Translations under genes and position numbers: made by a program
Assembly: GCA_946622925.1 (NCBI GenBank)
Contig: CAMOQM010000001.1
Location: forward strand, 1-34,927
From: an uncultured Bacillales bacterium
Lineage (GTDB): Bacteria > Bacillota_I > Bacilli_A > RFN20 > CAG-826
Direction of reading: 5' to 3'
DNA: 34,927 bases
In this document: positions 7,533 through 16,378 of the stretch, in pieces
How the letters are laid out: each line of letters opens with the position of its first letter
Numbering within the stretch: the stretch's first letter is position 1
Notes under the pieces: generated by a model
Databases searched by the model: none
What the model was told of the DNA's origin: nothing
What the model saw: the letters and a program-made list of their open reading frames with translations, nothing else

Positions 7533-9635
7533 ATGGCCGATAACGAAATCGATATCAAGCAGGCTGAGTCCTACGACCTTCCCCATACCCGTAATATCGG
7601 GATTATGGCCCACATCGACGCCGGTAAGACCACAACCACCGAGCGTATCCTCTATTACACTGGACGTTCCCACAAAATCGGTGAAGTCCACGAAGGTACC
7701 GCCACCATGGACTGGATGGCCCAAGAGCAAGAACGTGGTATCACCATCACCTCTTCCGCCACCACCTGTTTCTGGAAGGGCAATCGCTTCAACATCATCG
7801 ACACTCCGGGGCACGTCGACTTCACCGTCGAAGTCGAACGTTCTCTCCGTGTCCTCGACGGCGCGGTCACCGTTCTAGACTCCAAAAACGGCGTTGAGCC
7901 CCAGACCGAAACCGTCTGGCGCCAAGGCACTAAGTACAATGTCCCCAGAATCGTCTTCTGCAACAAGATGGACGCCACCGGGGCCGACTTCGATATGTGC
8001 GTCGCCTCCCTCCACGATAGGCTAGCCGCCAATGCCGCCGCCATCCAATACCCGATCGGCAAGGAATCCTATTTGAAGGGTTGCTGCGATATCATCGAAC
8101 GTAAAGCCTATGTTTATGGCGATGATAAGAAAGACGCTCCGACCGTCACCGAAATCCCCGCCGAACTCAAAGACAAGTGCGAAGAACTCCGTCTTATCCT
8201 TCTCGAAAAGCTCGCCGCCTTCGACGATGACCTCATGATGATGGTCCTCGAAGGTGAAGAACCCCCCGTCGAGATGATCAAGGCCACCATCCGTAAAGCC
8301 GTCTTGACCGGCACCTTCTTCCCGGTCCTCTGCGGATCCGCCTATAAGAATAAGTGCATTCAGCCCCTCCTCGACGCCGTCGTCGATTACCTCCCCAGCC
8401 CCTTAGACATCGCTGGTGAAAAAGGTACCCTCGATGGCAAGGAATACACCTGCGAAGCCACCGATGACAAACCCTTCGTTGGCTTAGCCTTCAAGATCGC
8501 CACCGACCCCTTCATCGGCCGTTTGGCTTATGTCCGTGTCTACCAAGGCGTCTTGAAATCCGGCTCCTACGTTTATAACTCCTCCAAGGGTGTTAAGGAA
8601 CGTATCGCCCGTTTGGTGTTAATGCACGCCAACCACCGTCAGGAAGTGGAGGCCCTCCACGCCGGTGAAATCGGCGCCGTCGTCGGCTTAAAGGCCTCGA
8701 CCACCGGTGACACCCTCGCCGATGAGAACCATCCAGTAATCCTAGAATCCCTCACCTTCCCCGAACCCGTTTTGGAGGAAGCGGTGGAACCCAAGACCAA
8801 AGCCGACCAGGAAAAGATGACCGCCGCTTTGATCAAATTAGCCGAAGAAGACCCGACCTTCCGCGTCCATACCGACGCTGACTCCGGACAGACCATCATC
8901 GCCGGTGTCGGTGAATTACAGCTCGACATCTTAGTCGACCGTATGCGCCGCGAATTCAAAGTCGACGTCAATGTCGGCGCCCCCCAAGTCAACTACCGCG
9001 AAACCATTCGCAAGACCGCCGAAGCCCAAGGCCGCTATGTCAAGCAGTCTGGTGGTCACGGCCAATATGGTGACGTTTGGATCCGCTTTGAACCCAACCC
9101 CGGCAAAGGCTTCGAATTCGTCGATGCCATCGTCGGTGGTGCCGTTCCTAAGGAATTCATCAAACCGACCCAGCAAGGTCTTGAGGATGCCTTAACCCGC
9201 GGCTTAGTCGCCGGCTATCCCGCCATCGACATCAAGGCCACCTTATATGATGGTTCTTACCACGATGTCGACTCCTCGGAAGCCGCCTATAAAGTCGCTG
9301 CCTCCTTGGCCCTTAAAGAAGCCGCCAAGAAGTGCGACCCCGTCATCCTCGAACCGATCATGAAAGTCGAGATCACCGTCCCCGAACAATATTACGGTGA
9401 CGTCATCGGCGACGTAGCCCGTCGTCGTGGTATCATGACCGGCGAAACCCAGCGTGGCAACGCCAAGCAAATCGACTGCGAAATCCCGCTTTCCGAAATG
9501 TTTGGTTACGTAACCGACCTACGCTCCCTCACCCAAGGCCGTGGCAACTTCACCATGCAATTCGATCATTATGGTGAAACCCCGCGCTTCATCCAGGACG
9601 AAATCATCAAAAAGTCGTCCCTGAGCAACCGCTAA
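7533..9635 (+). CDS. fusA: Elongation factor G
   Basis: 700 aa with [36 protein letters not shown]. Confidence 0.97.
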   Translation: MADNEIDIKQAESYDLPHTRNIGIMAHIDAGKTTTTERILYYTGRSHKIGEVHEGTATMDWMAQEQERGITITSSATTCFWKGNRFNIIDTPGHVDFTVEVERSLRVLDGAVTVLDSKNGVEPQTETVWRQGTKYNVPRIVFCNKMDATGADFDMCVASLHDRLAANAAAIQYPIGKESYLKGCCDIIERKAYVYGDDKKDAPTVTEIPAELKDKCEELRLILLEKLAAFDDDLMMMVLEGEEPPVEMIKATIRKAVLTGTFFPVLCGSAYKNKCIQPLLDAVVDYLPSPLDIAGEKGTLDGKEYTCEATDDKPFVGLAFKIATDPFIGRLAYVRVYQGVLKSGSYVYNSSKGVKERIARLVLMHANHRQEVEALHAGEIGAVVGLKASTTGDTLADENHPVILESLTFPEPVLEEAVEPKTKADQEKMTAALIKLAEEDPTFRVHTDADSGQTIIAGVGELQLDILVDRMRREFKVDVNVGAPQVNYRETIRKTAEAQGRYVKQSGGHGQYGDVWIRFEPNPGKGFEFVDAIVGGAVPKEFIKPTQQGLEDALTRGLVAGYPAIDIKATLYDGSYHDVDSSEAAYKVAASLALKEAAKKCDPVILEPIMKVEITVPEQYYGDVIGDVARRRGIMTGETQRGNAKQIDCEIPLSEMFGYVTDLRSLTQGRGNFTMQFDHYGETPRFIQDEIIKKSSLSNR

Positions 9636-9720
9636 TTTCCAATACTTTGTATTGCTAATCGCGGCTAAAGGCTCTATCATTTAAAAGCCAATTTGCACAA
9701 CCTATTGGAGGAAAATCACA

Positions 9721-10914
9721 ATGGCAAAAGAAAAATTCAATCGTGATCGCGTCCACGTTAACGTCGGCACCATCGGCCACGTCGACCACGGCAAGACCAC
9801 CCTCACCTCTGGCATCACCCACGTCCTCGCGATGAAGGGTCTAGCCAAAGATATGGCTTACGCCAACATAGACGCCACCCCTGAAGAAAGGGCTCGTGGT
9901 ATCACCATCAACTCCGCCCACGTCGAGTATGCGACCGAAAAGCGTCACTACGCCCACGTCGACTGCCCGGGCCACGCCGACTACATCAAGAACATGATCA
10001 CCGGCGCTGCTCAAATGGATGCCGCTATCCTCGTCGTCGCTGCCACTGATGGTGTTATGCCCCAGACCCGTGAGCACGTCTTGCTCGCCCGTCAGGTCGG
10101 CGTTCCTCAGATCATCGTCTTCCTCAACAAGTGCGACATGGTCGATGACCCCGAACTCATTGATCTCGTCGAAATGGACGTCCGTGATCTACTCAACTCC
10201 TACGAATTCCCTGGCGATGACACCCCCGTCATCCGCGGTTCTGCCTTAAAGGCCTGCGAAGCCAAGGACCTCAATGACCCCGCTTGCAAGTGCATCGAAG
10301 AGCTCATGGAAGCCCTCGATACCTACATCCCCGACCCCGTCCGTGACGATGCCAAGCCCTTCCTTCTCCCGATCGAAGACGTCATGACCATCTCTGGTCG
10401 TGGCACCGTTGTCACCGGCCGTGTCGAACGTGGTGTCATCAAAATCAACGACGAAGCTGAAATCGTCGGTATCCGTCCCACCCAAAAGACTGTCGTCACT
10501 GGTCTTGAAATGTTCCGTAAGACCCTTGACTTCGCTCAAGGCGGCGACAACATCGGTGCCCTTCTCCGTGGTATCACCCATGACCAGGTCGAACGTGGCC
10601 AAGTCCTCGCCAAACCCGGCTCCATCGTCCCCCACGACAAGTTCACCGCTACCACCTATATCTTGAAGAAAGAAGAAGGTGGACGTCATACCCACTTCTT
10701 AAACGGCTATCGTCCTCAATTCTTCTTCCGTACCACCGACATCACCGGTACCATCACCCTACCTGCTGGCACCGACATGGTCATGCCTGGTGACAACGTT
10801 ACCTTCACCGTCGAGCTCATCCACCCGATCGCCATGGAAAAGGGAACCAAGTTCTCCATCCGTGAAGGTGGCCGCACCGTTGGCGCTGGCACCGTTGCCG
10901 ACATTCTTCACTAA
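9721..10914 (+). CDS. tuf: Elongation factor Tu
   Basis: 397 aa with [26 protein letters not shown]. Confidence 0.98.
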   Translation: MAKEKFNRDRVHVNVGTIGHVDHGKTTLTSGITHVLAMKGLAKDMAYANIDATPEERARGITINSAHVEYATEKRHYAHVDCPGHADYIKNMITGAAQMDAAILVVAATDGVMPQTREHVLLARQVGVPQIIVFLNKCDMVDDPELIDLVEMDVRDLLNSYEFPGDDTPVIRGSALKACEAKDLNDPACKCIEELMEALDTYIPDPVRDDAKPFLLPIEDVMTISGRGTVVTGRVERGVIKINDEAEIVGIRPTQKTVVTGLEMFRKTLDFAQGGDNIGALLRGITHDQVERGQVLAKPGSIVPHDKFTATTYILKKEEGGRHTHFLNGYRPQFFFRTTDITGTITLPAGTDMVMPGDNVTFTVELIHPIAMEKGTKFSIREGGRTVGAGTVADILH

Positions 10915-10934
10915 TATCCTTAGTTAAGATGATT

Positions 10935-10960
10935 AGCCTCGCTATATGCGGGGCTTTTTC
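10935..10960 (+). terminator. Rho-independent terminator of the str operon
   Basis: AGCCTCGC (10935-10942) / GCGGGGCT (10948-10955) with one G-U pair, loop TATAT, then TTTTT (10956-10960). Confidence 0.7.
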
Positions 10961-10974
10961 GTTGCCTGCAAAAC

Positions 10975-11009
10975 TTGGTATACCAAATTTGGTATGGTAA
11001 GTTTATAAT
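10975..11009 (+). promoter_or_regulatory. 12-bp perfect palindrome plus extra half-site and -10 box upstream of the HTH-DUF3990 gene
   Basis: TTGGTATACCAA (10975-10986) is self-complementary. A third TTGGTAT half-site is at 10989-10995 and TATAAT at 11004-11009. The ATG at 11016 lies only 7 nt after the -10. Confidence 0.5.
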
Positions 11010-11015
11010 TGAGGC

Positions 11016-11870
11016 ATGGAACTAAAAAACTTCGATTTAAAAAGTGATCTACTGATTTTCATGGATTCCAATCAATATTCCATTGAAGATGTCTCCTTGG
11101 ATACCGGATTGCCCGTTTCCACAATCGAGAACATTTTGCTTGGTAAAGGCGGTGCATCGCCTTTGATTTTGGAATGCTGTTACCAATGTTTCCATAAAAG
11201 GGGCCTGGCCTTAAATTCTGCCAAAGAGGAAATTTGGTTGGAAAATTATGGGAAGACCTTGCTTTTTCATGGTTCGAAGGACGGCTTGACTTCTATCACC
11301 CCAAATGGATCTAGATCGGATTGCGATTTAGGCCCAGGGTTTTACCTTGGGGAATCTTATCAAACGGTCGGTTTGTTCGTATATCAATACCCCAGTAGTT
11401 CAGTTTATCCGTTTTTGTTAGATGAAAGCGAGCTAAAAATAGAAAAATTAGATTGTGACCTTTCTTGGATGATTGCCGTGGCTTATTATCGAAGCAAAAT
11501 CAAAGAATTTGGCAATCACAATATGGTTAAAAAGGTTTTGGACCGCTTTGTGGGGGCCGATGTTATCATTGCTCCCATCGCCGATAATCGAATGTTCTAC
11601 GTCATGCGCCAATTCACGGAGGGCGAAATCACCGATTTAGAAGCTTTGCATTGTTTGTCCGCTTCGGGGCTAGGCCATCAATATGTTCTAAAAAGCCAAA
11701 AAGCCATCGACCACTTAACTAGTTTGGACCGCCTCTATATCTGTAGCGCCGAACGGGAACTATTTGATAGGAATGCCATGGAAAGAAGCAAGGTTATCGA
11801 TGCCAAACTTAAATTGGCAAAACGAGAATTCCGGGGCCAAGGCAACTATATTGAGGATATTTTTGGATGA
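11016..11870 (+). CDS. Fusion protein: N-terminal HTH-like domain plus DUF3990-like domain
   Basis: aa ~10-60 (LLIFMDSNQYSIEDVSLDTGLPVSTIENILLGK) looks like an XRE-type HTH. aa ~79-284 are paralogous to ORF 4727..5419 (LLFHGSKDG...DLGPGFYLGES...VIIAPIADNRMFY...LGHQYVLKS). Confidence 0.7.
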   Translation: MELKNFDLKSDLLIFMDSNQYSIEDVSLDTGLPVSTIENILLGKGGASPLILECCYQCFHKRGLALNSAKEEIWLENYGKTLLFHGSKDGLTSITPNGSRSDCDLGPGFYLGESYQTVGLFVYQYPSSSVYPFLLDESELKIEKLDCDLSWMIAVAYYRSKIKEFGNHNMVKKVLDRFVGADVIIAPIADNRMFYVMRQFTEGEITDLEALHCLSASGLGHQYVLKSQKAIDHLTSLDRLYICSAERELFDRNAMERSKVIDAKLKLAKREFRGQGNYIEDIFG

Positions 11871-12352
11871 AAGAGTTAGACGGCAACGGTTTGCACCTAT
11901 GCAAATATCAAGGTGAAATATTCGGAGAATCGACGGAACGATTAAAATGCTCCAGTTTGGTTTTTTGCCGAAGATTCCAAAAATCCAAGCTAGCCAGATT
12001 ACTAGATTATGGCTGATATAGCCTTTCCCTGGATGTCGATGAGGCTTTTCAAATGCTTTCTTCCCAATTCGGGGAATCGGATTATGGCAAAGACAAATAC
12101 CCATCCGAAGCCATGTTTTGGCTTGGCTATATTTATCGCTATATCTCCTATACCAGGGAGTGTCCCACTAAGTTGGTGCTTAAATTGCTTCCGGCCAAAA
12201 CCTTGATTAAGGATTACTATGTTTACCACACCCAGGATGAGGAGTGGTGCCTTAGGTCGTGGTGCGAAAGGTTTGGGCTTAGCAACGACGACTTCGACAA
12301 AAAAGCCCGTTTAAAGAGATTGCTGCTAGCCCGTTATGCGTCATTTCTTTAA
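11867..12352 (+). pseudogene. Partner (DUF3791-like) gene interrupted by a single in-frame TGA at 12014-12016
   Basis: The ATG at 11867 overlaps the upstream stop (ATGA). The frame reads MKELDGNGLHLCKYQGEIFGESTERLKCSSLVFCRRFQKSKLARLLDYG-TGA-YSLSLDVDEAFQMLSSQFGESDYGKDKYPSEAMFWLGYIYRYISY... to TAA at 12350-12352. Both halves align along the N-terminal region of ORF 4126..4764. Confidence 0.65.
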
Positions 12353-12456
12353 GTTTTTGACGATATTTAGAAATATGTTGAAGAGAGTAAATGATTCAGG
12401 GATAATCTTTTTGCGCGCGTTTATGCGTTATCACCAAGGATTAAAGGAGCAAAAAG

Positions 12457-13659
12457 ATGGCCAAAGCAATGGTATATCTCCAATCCGGCGGACCTACCGC
12501 CGTCATCAACTCTTCCCTTTATGGGGCGATCACCGAAGCCAAGAAACACGAGGAAATCTCGGGAATCTATGGTTCGTTAAACGGTATTGAAGGCCTCATT
12601 CAGGACGATTTGATCGATCTTCGCGAAGAAGAAGACGATACGATCGAACTTCTCAAACAAACCCCGGGCGCCATTTTGGGTACCGCCCGTTACAAGATGC
12701 CTTCCGATCTCGGCGATCTCCGTTATGAAGCCATCTGCCAAACCATCGTTAACCATAATATCGGTTATGTCTTCGTTAACGGCGGCAACGACTCCATGGA
12801 TACCTGTGCGAAATTAGCTAAGCTTTTCTCTCAACAAAAGATCGATTGCAAAGTCATAGGCGTCCCCAAAACCGTCGATAACGACTTAGCCGTCACCGAT
12901 CACTGCAATGGCTATGGTTCCGCGGCCAAATACGTCATCAATATCACCAAAGATATCTGTATGGACGCCAAGTGCTATAAGAAAGGTAAGGTCTTCATCA
13001 TCGAGATCATGGGCCGTAATGCCGGGTGGTTAACCGCGGCCGTCGACCTCCTTCCCTATGCCAATCGTCCGGACCTTATCTATTTACCCGAAGATTCCTT
13101 TGAAATGGATAACTTCCTTAAGGACCTTAAGTCCATCTATGACCTTAAAGGGCACGTTATCATCGCCATTTCCGAAGGTATCGTCTTCGAACGTGATACC
13201 TCGACCGCGAGGATTGACGCCTTCGGTCATATCCAATTAGGTGGGGCCGCCGATGCCTTGGCTACCATCGTTGAGAAGAAGTTAGGACTTCCGACCCGTT
13301 CGGTCGAACTCTCTTTGCCTCAGCGTGCCGACCCAATCCTTATTTCGAAGGTCGACCAAGACGAAGCCATCGCTTGTGGCGCCTATGCCGTTGAGTCCGC
13401 GCTCAAGGGCGAAACCGCTAAGATGGTCATCATCAAGAGAATCTCCAGCAAGCCCTATAAATCTCAGCTTGCCCTTGTCAGCGTCGACCAAGTCGCTAAC
13501 GCTGAAAAGAAGGTTCCTTCCTCCATGATCGTCGGTAAGACCCACATGGATCCTTCCTTCCGCGAATACCTCGAACCCTTAATCCAAGGCGAAGTCTATC
13601 CGCGCTTCAAAAACGGCATCTACGAGACCGCCGTCTTGAAGAAAGTCAAAGCCCGCTAA
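12457..13659 (+). CDS. pfp: 6-phosphofructokinase, probably pyrophosphate-dependent
   Basis: YLQSGGPTAVINSSLYG, GGNDSMDT (Asp where ATP-PFKs have the second Gly of GGDGS) and PKTVDNDL (Lys where ATP-PFKs have Gly) are the residues classically associated with PPi use. AAAGGAG RBS. Confidence 0.7.
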   Translation: MAKAMVYLQSGGPTAVINSSLYGAITEAKKHEEISGIYGSLNGIEGLIQDDLIDLREEEDDTIELLKQTPGAILGTARYKMPSDLGDLRYEAICQTIVNHNIGYVFVNGGNDSMDTCAKLAKLFSQQKIDCKVIGVPKTVDNDLAVTDHCNGYGSAAKYVINITKDICMDAKCYKKGKVFIIEIMGRNAGWLTAAVDLLPYANRPDLIYLPEDSFEMDNFLKDLKSIYDLKGHVIIAISEGIVFERDTSTARIDAFGHIQLGGAADALATIVEKKLGLPTRSVELSLPQRADPILISKVDQDEAIACGAYAVESALKGETAKMVIIKRISSKPYKSQLALVSVDQVANAEKKVPSSMIVGKTHMDPSFREYLEPLIQGEVYPRFKNGIYETAVLKKVKAR

Positions 13660-13672
13660 AGAATTGATTATT

Positions 13673-13697
13673 GGCCCATCGAAAGGTGGGCCTTTTA
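13673..13697 (+). terminator. Rho-independent terminator after pfp
   Basis: GGCCCA (13673-13678) / TGGGCC (13687-13692), then TTTT. Confidence 0.7.
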
Positions 13698-13767
13698 TAT
13701 TGGAATTATCCCTAAATTATTGATAATAAAAGATAAGCCAATATCATTGATATGAGAGGAAACGATA

Positions 13768-14016
13768 ATGCTTCAGATAACCGTAACCGAATTAAGAAAA
13801 AAACTCTCTTATTATCTAAAGCTTTCTCAAACGGAAGATATTTTAGTCACGAAGAATAATAGGGCCATATCTCTTCTTTCCTTCCAAAGGAAAAGCAATT
13901 GGGAACGGTTTATTCATTTTGGTGAAGACTTTCCTGAAAAGATTCCTAATGATAAGTCTTGGAAAGAATTGGTAGGGGATGCTATTTGGGATCATGAAAC
14001 CGTCAATAGATCCTAA
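13768..14016 (+). CDS. Phd/YefM-family type II antitoxin (orphan)
   Basis: MLQITVTELRKKLSYYLKLSQTEDILVTKNNRAISLLS matches the Phd/YefM N-terminal pattern. There is no full-length toxin downstream. Confidence 0.7.
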   Translation: MLQITVTELRKKLSYYLKLSQTEDILVTKNNRAISLLSFQRKSNWERFIHFGEDFPEKIPNDKSWKELVGDAIWDHETVNRS

Positions 14017-14051
14017 TTTATTGGTCAAAAAGGAGATTTAATCAGCATTTG

Positions 14052-14079
14052 GATAGCCTTGATTTGGGGCTATCTTTTC
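14052..14079 (+). terminator. Rho-independent terminator
   Basis: GATAGCC (14052-14058) / GGCTATC (14068-14074), then TTTT. Confidence 0.65.
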
Positions 14080-14108
14080 TTAATTGGCGCTTCTATTTTT
14101 CGTCCCTT

Positions 14109-14117
14109 TGATATAAT
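14109..14117 (+). promoter_or_regulatory. Extended -10 promoter element
   Basis: TGaTATAAT at 14109-14117, 30 nt upstream of the ATG at 14147. Confidence 0.5.
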
Positions 14118-14146
14118 AGGCAAAAGACCACATTTGGGAGAAATAT

Positions 14147-14809
14147 ATGGAAATCATCAAATCCGAAAAAGGTAAACTAACCATCCTTACCGGCAAAACC
14201 GATATGGGAAAGTCGACTTTGACCGTTTATGACGCGACCGAATATCTTAAACAAGGTTCCAGCGTCATCTTCTTTTCCTATGAATATTGCCAGTCCATCA
14301 TCGTCAATAAGATGGTCTCCCATTTCGGGGTCAATTGGTCGACCTTATTACGCATGAACATCGTCGATGCCTCTAACTTAGGTTTATCTATGTTAGAAGA
14401 TATGGTCAGGGCCAAAAAAGGCAGCGTCGATGTCGTTTATATCGATTACCTCGACTTATTAAAGAAGGCCACCTATGGCGAAAACGAGGATGAAGAAGCT
14501 GAACTCAAGCATATTCAATCCATCGTCTCTGATTTGGCCGCTTTAGCCGATGAGATGGGCATTGCCATCGTCTTATTATCCCAAGTCGGGTCTTCTAGTG
14601 ACTTCGAACGCAGCATCGCTAGGCTCAATGATTTCTCCGCCAAAGTCAAAGGCGGCAATGTCATTAAGATGTTTATCGGCAAAGGCAACGTCATCGATGC
14701 CCGTATCCAATATGATGACATCGTCCACGTTATCTTGGTCGATGGCTATGACCTCCGCCATTTCTCCTCCATCAACATCAAAGAAGTCTATAAGGCCGAT
14801 AATAAATAA
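14147..14809 (+). CDS. RecA-fold ATPase resembling the C-terminal domain of DnaB helicase, lacking the DnaB N-terminal domain
   Basis: Walker A LTGKTDMGKST, Walker B-like VDVVYIDYLDLL, and IQSIVSDLAALADEMGIAIVLLSQV parallel the DnaB C-domain motifs. Only 220 aa. Confidence 0.55.
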   Translation: MEIIKSEKGKLTILTGKTDMGKSTLTVYDATEYLKQGSSVIFFSYEYCQSIIVNKMVSHFGVNWSTLLRMNIVDASNLGLSMLEDMVRAKKGSVDVVYIDYLDLLKKATYGENEDEEAELKHIQSIVSDLAALADEMGIAIVLLSQVGSSSDFERSIARLNDFSAKVKGGNVIKMFIGKGNVIDARIQYDDIVHVILVDGYDLRHFSSINIKEVYKADNK

Positions 14810-14814
14810 AGTTT

Positions 14815-15810
14815 ATGAAAATCACTTTCCTAGGATCAGGGGCCTGGGCTACGGCCTTAGCCTTTGATTTAAGCCAAAATAGCCATGATATTACCCTTTA
14901 TGGGGTAAACGAGGCTGAGGTTAACGATATAAACCTTAACCATCGTAATTCCAAATATTTCGATGATGTGGTTTTGCCTTCCTCCATCAAAGCCAGCAGC
15001 GACCCTTCATTAGCCTTAAAAGATCCCGATTACCTAGTTTTGGCCGTTCCTAGCCAAGCCATTCGGGATGTGGTGGGGCTAGTGGCCAAACATTGTAAGA
15101 GCAATCCAACCCTCGTTAATGTCATTAAGGGTTTTGACCCTAATACTGGCGAAGGCATCAGCCATCTGATTAAGAAAGAGTTAGGCAATGGACTAGTAAA
15201 AGGACTGGTGTCCTTGGTGGGTCCTTCCTTTGCCTTCGACGTCATCCATAAAGACCTCACCGCCGTCTGCGCGGTAAGCGAAGATAAAGGACTAGCCAAA
15301 GACGTCCAAAAGTTATTTTCTACCGCTTTCTTCAGGGTTTATGTTCAATCCGATGTTTCCGGGGCCGAAATCGGCGCGGGTATGAAAAATATCATCGCCA
15401 TCGCTTCGGGTATCATGGAAGGGCTAGGTTATAAAGATAATACCAGGGCCGCCTTAATCACTAGAGGTCTAGCCGAGATGACTAGATACGGGGTTAATAA
15501 TGGGGCTAAGGCCGATACTTTCCTAGGTTTAACCGGGGTAGGTGATTTGACTTTAACCGCTTCTAGCCACCGTTCTAGGAATTATGAACTAGGCTATGAA
15601 ATCGGTAAGGCTAACGAAGCCAAAGGCCCTTTATCTAGATGCGTCAAAACCGTCGAAGGGGTCATTGCCGCCAAAACCATCCATAGAAGCGCTTTGGAAA
15701 AGGGCATTTCCGTACCAATCGTCGATGCCGTCTATTCGGTTTTATATGAAGATGCCATCCCCTCGGAAATGGTTATCTCCTTGATGAAGCGCGATCTAAA
15801 GGAAGAATAA
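14815..15810 (+). CDS. gpsA: NAD(P)H-dependent glycerol-3-phosphate dehydrogenase
   Basis: MKITFLGSGAWATALA Rossmann N-terminus. GPSFA, NIIAIASG, GLTGVGDLTLT motifs. Confidence 0.9.
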   Translation: MKITFLGSGAWATALAFDLSQNSHDITLYGVNEAEVNDINLNHRNSKYFDDVVLPSSIKASSDPSLALKDPDYLVLAVPSQAIRDVVGLVAKHCKSNPTLVNVIKGFDPNTGEGISHLIKKELGNGLVKGLVSLVGPSFAFDVIHKDLTAVCAVSEDKGLAKDVQKLFSTAFFRVYVQSDVSGAEIGAGMKNIIAIASGIMEGLGYKDNTRAALITRGLAEMTRYGVNNGAKADTFLGLTGVGDLTLTASSHRSRNYELGYEIGKANEAKGPLSRCVKTVEGVIAAKTIHRSALEKGISVPIVDAVYSVLYEDAIPSEMVISLMKRDLKEE

Positions 15811-15856
15811 GCCATAATATTTTACTTTCACATAGTGAAGGTGGATAATTTGGGTC

Positions 15857-16378
15857 ATGGATAAAGCATTAATCGTAATCGATATGCAAGTCGACTTTCT
15901 AACCGGAAGCCTTGCTAATAAAGAAGGGGTGGAAGCCATCCCTAACGTCATTAAGGAAATAGAATCCTTTGATGGTGATGTCTACGCGACTTTAGATACC
16001 CATAGTGAGAACTATCTGGAATCTAACGAAGGCCATTATTTACCCGTGGTCCATTGCGTTAAAGGTACCCCTGGCCACCAAGAAGAAAAAGCGGTGGATG
16101 CCGCCTTAAAGGCCCATCCTAACTTCAAAGGTTATATTGAAAAGCCAACTTTTGGTTATCTAGGTTGGAAAGAGGTATTGACAGCCTCAACCAAAGAGAT
16201 CGAACTCATTGGGGTTTGCACCGATATCTGCGTCCTTTCTAACGCCGCGATATTAAAGGCCGCCTTCCCGAATGCCAAAATTTCCTGCAAAGCCTCTTGC
16301 TGCGCCGGCGTTACTCCCGAATTACATGAATCCGCCTTAAAGGTGCTTTCCTCTATCCAAGTGGAGGTAGTCAAATGA
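15857..16378 (+). CDS. pncA: Nicotinamidase / isochorismatase-family hydrolase
   Basis: ALIVIDMQVDFLTGSL and catalytic-Cys motif GVCTDICV. Its stop overlaps the pncB start (ATGA). Confidence 0.75.
   Translation: MDKALIVIDMQVDFLTGSLANKEGVEAIPNVIKEIESFDGDVYATLDTHSENYLESNEGHYLPVVHCVKGTPGHQEEKAVDAALKAHPNFKGYIEKPTFGYLGWKEVLTASTKEIELIGVCTDICVLSNAAILKAAFPNAKISCKASCCAGVTPELHESALKVLSSIQVEVVK

Noticed and set aside
7086-7878. Long ORFs (242 aa minus strand, 243 aa plus strand) overlapping rpsG/fusA. Similar antisense or alternate-frame ORFs lie inside fusA, tuf, the SBP genes (25605..26228) and the 28993 lipoprotein gene (29302..29892, 28965..29414).
   Set aside because: They lie wholly inside genes with unmistakable conserved products. 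Their translations are low-complexity (Pro/Ser/Gly/Asp-rich), as expected from reading C-ending-codon-biased genes in other frames. They have no RBS.
9640-9654. Hairpin CAATAC-ttt-GTATTG between fusA and tuf as a terminator or attenuator.
   Set aside because: It has only 6 bp, is AT-rich and has no following T-tract. fusA-tuf are normally co-transcribed.
12014-12016. Selenocysteine recoding at the in-frame TGA.
   Set aside because: No stem-loop resembling a bacterial SECIS is apparent immediately downstream. The aligned position in the paralogue is not Cys. The family has no redox motif.
11016-12352. Possibility that this genome or module uses genetic code 4 (TGA = Trp), which would heal the interrupted partner gene.
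   Set aside because: TGA ends the DUF1778 antitoxin at its expected ~90-aa length and ends pncA with a classic ATGA overlap onto pncB. No core gene contains an in-frame TGA. The other five Trp codons in this module are TGG. A nonsense mutation is simpler.
12336-12590. 84-aa ORF overlapping the pfp start region.
   Set aside because: It is out of frame with the strongly supported PFK gene, which has a clear AAAGGAG RBS. Its translation has no features.
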